From the NCBI GenBank assembly GCA_964036045.1, contig OZ038378.1:193502001-193566000 (forward strand): a stretch of DNA of 64,000 bases, in the 5' to 3' direction. Origin of the DNA: Eutreptiella sp. 'Long Island Sound 2002'. Lineage: Eukaryota > Protista > Euglenida. The position numbers and the translations under genes were made by a program. Shown piece by piece: positions 37,271 through 47,080 of the stretch. Below the pieces are notes generated by a model. It searched no databases. It worked only from the letters and a program-made list of their open reading frames with translations, and was not told the origin of the DNA. Numbering within the stretch: position 1 is the stretch's first letter; each line of letters opens with the position of its first letter.

Positions 37271-38325
37271 CCACCTGCACCAACTGGCCAAATGGTGTGA
37301 AAACCATATCACAAACGTCTTAAACATGCTTTACATGGGATATTTGATGATTGTGGGTGGTCAGGGGAAATTCTATTGCCTTTGGCACTCATCTTGCAGA
37401 GAAATACCCACACAACAGTCAAAATGCTCAGAATAAAGTTCTGTATCACCCCCCACCACCACCACTGTTTGCGCTCCTGTAGAGCTGCAGGGCACTCCAC
37501 CGTTACAGAGTGCTTGCACTCCGCACTCAAGGTTATTGCCGGCTGGATCCTTAATTTAATGTGCTGGTGCCACTACCTGCCACCGATGGAGAAACAACAG
37601 AAACGGTGTGCCAACACAGCAGCATGATGGATCTTGGAGAATGGCGAGGGGCCAATAGGTGCCGCCGACTGCCTGGAGAGCAGCAACATCTAAGGGCTTT
37701 GTCCCAACAACCCCCCCCCCCCCCCCCCCGCAACACACACAAGGGCACAAAGTGGTGAGAGGCCGATGGGCGCCGCCTCCTGCGCCACGTACTGAGTGAA
37801 AGGGTTCAAGGAAAAGGCAACGGTAACTGGCAAGATGCCTATGGGCGCTCCCGGCTGCAGACAGCAATACCACCAGGCATGGTGCCAAACCACGACCCGA
37901 CGTGTAAGAACACGGTAACAGCACGCAGACCAACGGAATCAATGCCTCCTGTTGGTCTGACAGGTATCATCTTGTTCGCCGTGCGTCATCTGCCCCCTTG
38001 AATTGAAGCCGTGTGACAGGGGAATGCTCGGAAGCAGTGTGAAAGGGAGGTGCCATGGTGCAGTGCAGGGCCTGGCCCTACTGCACTGTTTCTGGTTGAG
38101 CCTTTTTCTGAAATGCTTTGTATGGCGTCATTGTTGCCACTGAGAGCGTCCTCAATCAAATGCATGTCAGAGAGCTGCTGTACAAGCTCTGGTGAGCTTT
38201 TCTTTGGACTTTAGGTTGTGTCCGACCATCAACTGTTGGGTCCCTCCGCGCGCACGCACGTGCACACACACTCACGCAGAGTCCTTCCTCTGGCCATCAA
38301 CCAGCGACGTCAGAAACCCACATAC

Positions 38326-38642
38326 CTGCCACCGGAGACCGTGTCGCCACCGTAGGCAAGCGCCCAACCAATAGCCCACCAAGACAAAGCGGCGCAGCAG
38401 GCATCCATGGAATTCTTGAAGACAATGTTGACAACGTTTTTCGCCCGGCAGGAACCACATTCCAGCATTGTGAACCCAGTCTGCATGAAGAAAACCACGA
38501 TGGCGCACAGCATCAACCAAAGTGTGTCCAAGTCAGCGTTGGTCATAGGGTTTCCCGCAGTCTTCAAGGTGTCAACCTCTTGCTGCAACGCGGTAACTTG
38601 GGCCGTTAATTCGGCCCACGCTCCAGCTGAGACAATAGCCAT
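38326..38642 (-). CDS. amt: Ammonium transporter copy A, exon 1
   Basis: ATG at 38642 starts MAIVSAG...FFMQTGFTMLECGSCRAKNVVNIVFKN...WWAIGWALAYG. Donor AG|gtatgt in phase 2 matches exon 2. Confidence 0.93.
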
Positions 38643-38660
38643 TTTGTCGGTTGCGGCAGT

Positions 38661-38680
38661 CTGAAAACAGAAAATGCACA
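38661..38680 (-). promoter_or_regulatory. Candidate (trans-)splice acceptor 18 nt upstream of the Amt A ATG (same site in copy B at 56221)
   Basis: gcattttctgttttcAG|actgccgcaaccgacaaaATG is present in both copies. Confidence 0.5.
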
Positions 38681-40175
38681 ACTTAAGCACTACCAGTGAC
38701 GTGCTGGAAACATTGGGTTCTGCAGGGGTGGTGTGCAGGGCAGGGCCAGTGCAGTAGCTGTCCCAGGAGTCCAGTGTGCCTGCTGTGGGCGCAGGGGCAA
38801 CGGAGTCATCCAAAAATGAGTCACACTTGGCCTGACCTGATGGCACTCAACCAAAGATGGCTGTACAATTTCCCTTGCCACTGCAAAAAACCAGATGCCC
38901 CCGCCCCCCCCCCCCAAATGAAGCATATCTGCACTGTCTCTTCCCATCCCTGCCCATCCTACAGAATACTGCTCTTCGATGCTTCTGGATTTGATGAGCT
39001 CTGCAACAAGGGTGTTTCTAGCCGGTGACCAGCCACTTTCTCATCTAACTTATCGCCAATTCATTTCTAGAGCCATTCCCTGCCTAGCAGGAATTGTACT
39101 TCATGGAAAGATGCTACCAGATGGTGGTCCGCCTTGCACGAGTTGGCAGTCCTACCCTGTAAGCACCCGTCGACACAGCTGCATGCACCACCAGCATTGG
39201 AGCCAGTAGTGGTGTTGTATGCCTGGGTGGTGCAGTAAAAGGGACAGCCCCAATGGCAATAGACTCAAAGAGGCTATTCACAAGCCTTGGAGGATGGTTT
39301 GGTGGTATAATGAATGTTTTTCCACCTGGTGCGGCGCCCACTATAAACAAAAGTGGTAGCCCCAAACCTGGGGCTACAAAACCCACTGCGCCCTACCCGT
39401 GATACGTTCAACATGTTTCAGTGCCAGGGGCTGTACCGCCGTCCTGGTCGCTGCCGCTACAACCAATCACATGAGTTTCTTGCAGTCCACAGTGCATCTG
39501 GATTATACGGAGCATATCTTGGACTACATGTGCCCTGTTTGCCTTCACCAATTGAATCAATCAGCCTTCCCATTCACCTCATATTGTATGCATATGTAAT
39601 CACCAGGGCATTGTGAGGGGCCCACAATAGTAGCAAGTACCCGGTCATTTGCACTGTTGCAGTTGTAGAAGTCAGGGATACCGGCACGAACCCAAGACAA
39701 TGACATTGTGTTGCTGAGCTATAGACCAAGGAATAGCATGTACAATGCAATGCTGAGGGCATGCAAGGTGAAATGGGGCACCAATTAGCAACACGGCACC
39801 TCACCAGGCAACAACAAAATACGACAATGGTGTTTGGTAAAAGATCGAAATAAAAAAGATGCAAACAAAATACGACAATGGTGTTTGGTGAAGTATCGAA
39901 ATAAAAAAGATGCATAGTGTGCGCACGGTGCGTCCCACTCACGGGGCTGCTGCCAGCCAATGTGTGACCCCGAGGGGTGTGCAACCGTTTTGGGGGTGGG
40001 TGGGGTGCCCCCCCCCCCCCCTTCGTTGACCCAAACCTTGGGGGTCAACGGGTCTCGGGGGTCGACGGTTCTAGGGGGTCGGGCAGTCAGCGGCCGGGCT
40101 CCCCGGGGGGCCATGAGGCAACGGATACTGGGCTCGCATACGCCCCCGTGTCACAGGCGCATGGTCATCACCACA

Positions 40176-40394
40176 TAGTTTAAATTGTTTTTCCCCCCAT
40201 GGGCTTGGCACTTGCTGCTTCGCCCCACCAAACCCCATGCACCTCCTTCCACCTCCCCTCACTGCCATCCACGCAGCACACGAGACAACAGTGCACAGTC
40301 GTGGACATTGCTGAACCCAAAGAACGTAGTGTCGCGTGACCATTTTGCTGCTGTGCCGGCGACACCATCCGTCACCACCACCACCAAGGAACAC
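40176..40394. repeat. Element 2 split direct repeat B2 (partner B1 40793-41011)
   Basis: tagtttaaattgtttt...accaccaccaaggaacac is present twice, near-identical. Confidence 0.95.
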
Positions 40395-40690
40395 GTGGTG
40401 GTGCGGGTGGTGCATGGTAGGGGACATCCACGGTCCCGATAGACGTTTATACAACACACATATACGTTGGTCCATCGCCTGTGCGACGGTCGCGCCTGTA
40501 CCTGTGCCTGCGGTGGGCGGTGGTTCTCCCGTGAAACGTGTCACGGCCCCATCGGGGCCGCTCGCTGGCGAGTTGCTCTGTGCCCCTGCGCCACACTTCG
40601 CCCCGCGGCCCTTGCGACCCTTAGCCACGCCTTGCGCGCTCACCCACGCTCGTCCGGCACGCGCCCGGTGTTTTAGGGAGGGGGGGAGGG

Positions 40691-40797
40691 CGACGGCACA
40701 CCACAAAACAAACAAACACTATGCGAGTGTTCACGAGGTGCCCTCCTCCCACCCCCTTGCCCAATTTAAACTCAAGTTTACTGCATAAACTTTAGTT
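40691..40797. repeat. Element 2 split direct repeat A2 (partner A1 46126-46232)
   Basis: cgacggcacaccacaaaacaaac...taaactttagtt is present twice and appears identical. Confidence 0.95.
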
Positions 40798-41037
40798 TAA
40801 ATTGTTTTCCCCCCCATGGGCTTGGCACTTGCTGCTTCGCCCCACCAAACCCCATGCACCTCCTTCCACCTCCCCTCACTGCCATCCACGCAGCAGACGA
40901 GACAACAGTGCACAGTCGTGGACATTGCTGAACCCAAAGAACGTAGTGTCGCGTGACCATTTTGCTGCTGTGCCGGCGACACCATCCGTCACCACCACCA
41001 CCAAGGAACACAAAAAAATTACTCAAAATCACCCTTC

Positions 41038-41694
41038 TTACTGAGGCTGGCCCACATCTCCACTTGCGCTTGCCACCTCTCCGTGCCCACCCCCCTCTTG
41101 CTGCACTTCCCGCATCACCGCGGCCACCGCCCGCACCATAGCCGGCGAACCGGCGGCCCAAAGTCTTTGTGTCCCCGGCGGTAGTCGTGGCCCGTGTTTC
41201 AGCTTTTCCACCGTTACGGAGACTCGTACGCCGTGTGTCGCCCCGGTCCACTCTGGGATGAAGACCGCTCGCTCCATGGAGTGCGTTCCCTGCGGCTTTC
41301 CTTCGACCTTGCGTTGCGTCTCGCGCTGCCATGTTGCCTCGACACGTCTGCACAATCGCATCACGACCGGAAAGCGCTTGCTTTTCGCCAGCTCTGGTGT
41401 GACCGTCCACGTTCGATATGACACGCTCGCCACCTCGCATACTTCTTCAAACCTGTGAGCCGCCACCAGTCTATCGTCTCTTCGCCCCCGCTTAGCCGCC
41501 ACCTGCGCCGCATCGCGCTGTGCGCCGCCGGCTCGTGGCATGTGTAGCGCACGTGTCGCCGCAAAACAAATTCTGCCACGAGCAGTGCACAACACTCCCC
41601 TCAACAGCCCAAGCACTTGCTGCCGGGCCCACGCACGACGCTCACGCACACCCACCGCAGGCTCACCACAGGTTCGCAGACTCACGGCCCGCAA
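41038..41694 (-). CDS. Element 2 ORF4, 218 codons, unknown function, in frame immediately after the RNase H stop
   Basis: Open frame between the RH stop (41695-41697) and repeat B1; there is no ATG at the 5' end and no recognised domain. Confidence 0.4.
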   Translation of the reverse strand: MRAVSLRTCGEPAVGVRERRAWARQQVLGLLRGVLCTARGRICFAATRALHMPRAGGAQRDAAQVAAKRGRRDDRLVAAHRFEEVCEVASVSYRTWTVTPELAKSKRFPVVMRLCRRVEATWQRETQRKVEGKPQGTHSMERAVFIPEWTGATHGVRVSVTVEKLKHGPRLPPGTQRLWAAGSPAMVRAVAAVMREVQQEGGGHGEVASASGDVGQPQ

Positions 41695-44212
41695 TCAGAA
41701 CCGCAAGACGCCCCAACATTCTGTCTGAGTGCAAACAGGTAACAAATCTGCCATTTGGTCGAAGGCAGACCCCGGTGCCATGCTCTTGTCACCAAAAAAA
41801 TTGCTGCGGACCCGAGACAGGTAGTCCGCCGGCATGATGGCCCCGGGTACATACGAAAGGTGTACCGAAGTCCCCCCCTTTGCCAGAGCATACATTACTT
41901 GTCGAACACACCGACGCTGCTCCCGCAGCCCAATTCCCACTTTCCCTGTTCTCAGGCCCCAGAGCACCCCTTGGTTGTCCAGATGCAGCGTAGCCCACGG
42001 GAGTTTCCGTCCCACCACCGATTTTACGGCCGCAGCCGCCCCTCGAAATTCTAGCACCTGCTGGTTCTGCAGCGGCACACGCAGGGAGTGGTGTGCTCCC
42101 GCCGATGAGCACATACCCAGCCTGCCACTATTTCCGTCTCGCGCCGCGTCGGAGTACACCTGCGGGCACAGCCCCTTTGGGGGCGGGGGGGGGGGGGGGA
42201 CGTAGGAGGCCACCAGCCCCTTCCCGCAAACCACAACGCACCCGACAGCGACCGCAGAAGGTTTGTGGGCGGGCGCGGCATCCATTTTGCGCCCCACTGC
42301 ACGTGCGCAATGGGCCCCGCCAGAAATAGGTTTGACCAATGCGACGGCCTGCAGGCCCAGATCAACTTCCCCACCACCCGCTGGACGGACTTTCGCGTAA
42401 CCGGCCTGGATGCCATCAGCACGTACCTACTCAGGGCATCTTCCAACGTGTGCCTGGTGTTCCGAATGACCCCCCGCCCAAAGTCGACATGCTTGCCCAA
42501 AAAGACTAGCTCCCTCTCCGGCCGACTGGACGACTTGTCACTGATGAGGAATCCAGCGTTTGCCAGAACTTCCTTGAACTCCGCCAGCTTTGTGGCGACG
42601 GCGGCCTCGGAGTCGCCGAACACCAGAAAATCACCCAGGTAGTGCATGAGCCGCAGCACCGCCCCTGCCACCTCCAGCCCCACCTTCCCCGTCAACTGTG
42701 CCAGCAGTCGCTGACACAGTAGTGGACTGTAACTCCAACCAAACGGCAGCGTCTTAAAAACCCACATGCACTCCTCCCCCCCCACACGAAACAGGTGGCT
42801 CTTCCCCTCGGGCAGCAGTATGGACCAGTAACAATTTGTGACGTCAATGTTGGCCCCCCAGCCACGCAGCCCTTGCGAAAAAACCTCCGCTAAAGACTCT
42901 ACTTGAGGCAGGCTGACACGCGGCACCTTGTACCCGCCCTCCCACTGCCTCTGGTTGGCACGCACCCCGTGCAGGATAAGCCGCGCCTTGGTCTCATTCT
43001 TGGGGATGGTGAAGGCAGCCGCCGTAGGCACCAGGGAATGCCCAAGGCATCCGCCTCCTGCTTCGACGGTTGCTGCAGTGCCCCTGTCCTTGCAATGGCG
43101 CTGAGCATGTCAGCCGTGGGTCCCCGCACCTTCCGTACCTCCTCAGCAGACGATAGCAAAAACTCCTGTTGCGGACTGACATAGATCTGCCACAGCCACT
43201 CCGGCAGCGGAACCGCACCCACGGATCCTATCCCTTTTTGGGCTATCTCAGGAGTCACCTCACCTTCCGGCACGGCGGGGTAAATGCCGTCCAGCAATTC
43301 CCTAAACCCTTCCATGACCATGGCCTCGCACAGGTGCATCCATGTTAGCAGTGGCTTGTCGTCTCTCAAATCCTCACTCAACTGGAACACCTCTCTCCTG
43401 AACACATCCAACGCCTTGTACGCGCGTCCCTGCTCTACACCCCACTTTTGCGCAAAACGCAGCGAAAGCTGATACATGGTCTCTCGGAACCTGGCCTTGG
43501 AGGGCCGGCCCGCCCCAACGGTAGGATCAGACGTTACCCCCGCCCCGACACGACACACGCAGGCCACGTACGACGCGCATACCACCGCAACCCACCACAC
43601 CCGCGAAACCAGTCGCACCAGTACCGCCAACAAAGCGCCAAACCCGCCTACGCACAGCCACAGCTCTCCACTAAGTGGTGGAGGAGTAAGACGAGTAGGA
43701 CACGCTGCCGGTGGCTCTCCGCACTCGCTTGAACTCCCCCTGTGCTCGGGCCTCCTCAGCGCGTACTCTTTTGAACTTAGGGACAGTGCAAGGGGGTGGG
43801 GGCTTCCTCTGTGGGTCGGCAGTCGGAAGGAGTTGACTCGGTCGAGGAGGCCGGCACTTGCTGCCCACCGCCCCGAACTTGTCGCGCCCCTGTCGAGCTG
43901 CCACCCCCGTTGCCGGGCGCCTGCCTGTGCTTGGCGAGCTGTCCCTTCGGTCGCAGTTTGCCCCCCGCCCCGCCCTGGGCCGCCGTCGAATTCCCAGCGT
44001 GCCTGTCGGCCCCGGGCATGGTCCTTGAGGGCCCAAAGGCCACATGCTCCTTTCTGTGCTTCCACTGCTGTCGTATCCCAGACGGCCAGAGCTGCTCGAG
44101 TCGTAGGGACGTCGTGCGGCTGCGCCACCTGCCTCCAGCTCCCTCTCAGGGGGGCCGCGGCCAGAAATCCTCCGCTTGCACGGGCTGCGTTTCGGTCGGA
44201 TGCGCGTACCAC
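41695..44212 (-). pseudogene. Element 2 ORF3: linker-RT-RNase H, with two homopolymer frameshifts and a YLDD to YLGD change
   Basis: RT motifs AFTIPK...ARLI, IDVTNCYW, LPFGWSYSP, HYLGDF and FLG. RNase H motifs VYSDAA, QQVLE, HLDN and YVPGAIMPADYLSR. Frameshifts lie at ~43035 (C-run) and ~42190 (G-run). Confidence 0.92.
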
Positions 44213-44998
44213 CGCGCGGTGGAGTCACGCGCCCAGCGGCCCCACACGGCAACCTGCCGGATTGTGGCCCCAGCCGTCCACATAGCCCGAGCTCCGGCTC
44301 TGCGCCACGCGTGCCGGCGGGCACCCTCAAACGGGGATCCGACGAGGAGGCGTTGCATGCCTTTTTCCAGCTGTTGTGTCGTCCACGGCCGTCTTCCTTC
44401 CGCCGCCGGCTCTGGGAAGTGGCGCTGGAGCCACTGCAGCCACTCCCTTGTAAGCGGCGTGAGTGACCTCTGTTGCCAGTCCTGCCTCGTCTTGGAGTCG
44501 AAGAACCGCACCGCGTCATCAACGACCGCCCAAGGTTGTAGGGTGACTGCCTCTCCGACGCGCAGGAAGAGCTGGAACAAGACGATTGCCAGCCCGACCA
44601 CTGCCCAGTCCTCCAGGCTGCTGGTCCTTGCCGCCATGTGTAGCAGTATGATCGGGGATCCCCAGATACGCTCTTTTGCCGCGTTCCTTGTCTTCTTCGC
44701 CGCCTTGACGGATCTCCAGATGGTGGTCGGGATGCACGCGTCAACCAGCCGCACCTCTGTCGCCATAATGGCTGCGCTGATGATCCCCTTGATTGTGCTC
44801 TCCGAACTTCCCCAATCGGGCGCACTCCAATATGGTCTGCTCCAGGACCCGCTCCTTGGCATCACATGGGAACCGCTGCTCGACCGCCGCCAGCCTGCGT
44901 AGGTGACACTGGTATGTCCCCAATGACGATTCTTCCCATCCCAGCAGGACAAACGTCTGCCAACTGTGCAGAGCGTCTTGCGTGCGTAGTCTCTCCAT
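44146..44998 (-). pseudogene. Element 2 tyrosine recombinase, one frameshift near 44815
   Basis: Motifs FLRVGE, DSKT, HAWRR, GRW and ARWY. The N-terminal GWEESSLGTYQCHLRRLAAVE aligns with element 1 GLQDGTLDGYLRQLRRLARLE. Confidence 0.92.
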
Positions 44999-45100
44999 CT
45001 TCTGGAGGGCCGACCCCCAACCGTCCCCTCCACGGGCACTTGCTGCCCCCCTGCGCCCGCCGCCCCGTTGGGCCCCGAGGCGGCGGGGGCCCCCTTCCGT

Positions 45101-46117
45101 TCAGTCGCTCTCGACTAGGCACTGGAACCACCAGTGCTTGACTCGGCACACGTCGCAGGGATATCGCGGGGGCTTCCCTGTTTTGAGCACCTTTCCGCCT
45201 TTGGACTCGTACGTTTCCTCGGGTGTTCCCATGTTGGTGAAGCGGTCCTTCACTCGCTCCCTCCGCCTGTCCTGCACGTGCTGCGGAGCCAATTTTCCCG
45301 TCTTCGGCCTGGTCTTCGCTCCCTCCTCCTTGAGGTTCGCCTTCTCCGAGCCCCTGGCCTCGTTTGCTCCGTCCGCGGCTCGAGCCTCCAGCTGCGCCTT
45401 GACTTCTTCCTTTTCGACCTCGAACAGCAGGTGGGACCACACTTCGGACAGGGCCTTCATGCCCGCCTCGTACTCAGACTCCAGCATGCTTTGCAGATTC
45501 TCCGCCGCCCAGCCTGCCATCGCCCCCGCCATCGCTCTCGCCCAGGCAGGTTTCGCCTCGTTGGCCTCCATCTCCTGTCCTGCCTCCAGTACGAAAATCA
45601 CCTGCCGCAGCTGCGGCATTGCCTTGGACGCTCAAAGCTCTTGTATCGTTTTTAGTTGTTGCTCCATTACGAGCTTCATGTCTTCCATTTCTTGGCGCAT
45701 TTTCTCGATGTCCGCGTGCACCCCTTTGTCGTTTGGCGACCCGCTGGCACTGGAGTTGCCCCCAATTGACACCACGTCCGCGGGGTTCTTCTCCGGGGTC
45801 CCGTTCCCTGCGATCACTTGGGCATGCTGTGCTGACATGTAGAATGTGCAGTCGTTCCAGTTGAAGGTCCGCTTGTGGAGGGTCCCGAAGGCCACGACTT
45901 GCTCGTAGATGCCCTCCATGGATCCCTTCAGTCCATACTTCTGTCTCAGCCGATCTGCCGGTTCAACGGTATCGATTCCCGCTGTCTTTGCCGCCGTCAC
46001 GAGTCTGTCCGTGTCTTGCTGAAGCGTAGACGCGTTTAGCAGTTGCGTGGCCAGTTTATGCTGGCCCTGCTCGAGGTAATCCTCAAAGCTGATCGGCTGG
46101 TTCTCAGACTCAGGCAT
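45101..46117 (-). pseudogene. Element 2 ORF1 (gag-like) with an internal TGA at 45632-45634 and a C-terminal zinc knuckle
   Basis: ORFs 45632..46150 and 45101..45619 share one frame; it ends PPRYPCDVCRVKHWWFQC. Confidence 0.8.
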
Positions 46118-46125
46118 GGTCAGGA

Positions 46126-46232
46126 CGACGGCACACCACAAAACAAACAAACACTATGCGAGTGTTCACGAGGTGCCCTCCTCCCACCCCCTTGCCCAAT
46201 TTAAACTCAAGTTTACTGCATAAACTTTAGTT
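46126..46232. repeat. Element 2 split direct repeat A1
   Basis: Matches 40691-40797; identity ends at tagtt|cagtg. Confidence 0.95.
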
Positions 46233-46889
46233 CAGTGTTTTTTCCTTGCTGCACTGCAGCACAGACCAGTTTTGAACCGCTCCAGGTGGCTGCTGACTAT
46301 GCTTTGGCCTTGGCCATCTGTACATTGAGGTCAGCTCGCACCCACCACCCTCCCACAATGCCGGTTAGTCTCTAACCCTTGCTCTGCGGGTCTTGCTCTT
46401 GCTGCACCTGTCTTGCTCTTGCTCTCTGGCACGTGAAGACGTGTCATATCCAAACTCCGGGGGCGCAAAGGTGTCTCAACGTTTCACCATCAGACTATTC
46501 TGCTTGACGCTTCAACAGGTGCTTTGCTGTACTGTTGTGCTTACCTGTTCGGTACCACTCCATGTGTGCGCTGGCCGCCCACATATCCAGGTCAGCTCGC
46601 ACCCACCACCCTCCTGTGGGCCGCACTCTCGCTGCCCCTGTCATGCTCAGGCTCCCGGGGGGGGGGGGGGTCGGTGGGTACCCCAACATACATACCTCAG
46701 AATGATCCCCATGACACACTGATCATTTTGAAGATACACAACTGGGGTATATTTTTTTCAAAAAAAAATTTGCCCATCAACTCACGCTCCCATCAGCCAA
46801 GGTCCGACCCGGAGGTCGGGTTAGGGTCAAAATCGTTTTTTGTGTTTTTCATCCGTTTTTTAATTTTTCACAAAATTCTGACTATTTTG

Positions 46890-47080
46890 AGTATGCATAC
46901 ATAGGGTCAGACACAAAAATATACCCTGCCGTATCCCTAAAACAAATCTCCGACGCCTCTGGCGCCCACAAAATCCATTGTTTTGAGTATGGATACATAG
47001 GGTCAGACACAGAAATATACCCCTGCCGTATCCCTAAAATAAATCTCCGACGCCTCTGGCGCCCACAAAATCCATTGTTG
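46890..47080. repeat. Two tandem 96-bp units
   Basis: agtatg(c/g)atacatagggtcagacac...ctctggcgcccacaaaatccattgtt occurs at 46890 and 46986. Confidence 0.85.

Larger units (their letters stand above)
40176..46232 (-). mobile_element. Tyrosine-recombinase retrotransposon, element 2; gag-YR-RT/RH plus an extra 3' ORF; inactivated copy
   Basis: Split direct repeats A1 46126-46232 / A2 40691-40797 (107 bp) and B1 40793-41011 / B2 40176-40394 (219 bp). tagtt occurs at both ends and at the A2/B1 junction. YR, RT and RNase H motifs are present. Confidence 0.94.

Noticed and set aside
11214-45634. Stop-codon reassignment suggested by in-frame TGA/TAG codons in the retroelements
   Set aside because: The host genes (phnA, Amt, PP2C) have no internal stops and end at TGA or TAA. 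The element stops accompany other lesions, which is simple decay.
46225-46232. AACTAA at the start of element 2 repeat A as a spliced-leader mimic
   Set aside because: It matches only 6 nt of the trypanosomatid SL start and does not extend; it is explained by the AGTT crossover core.
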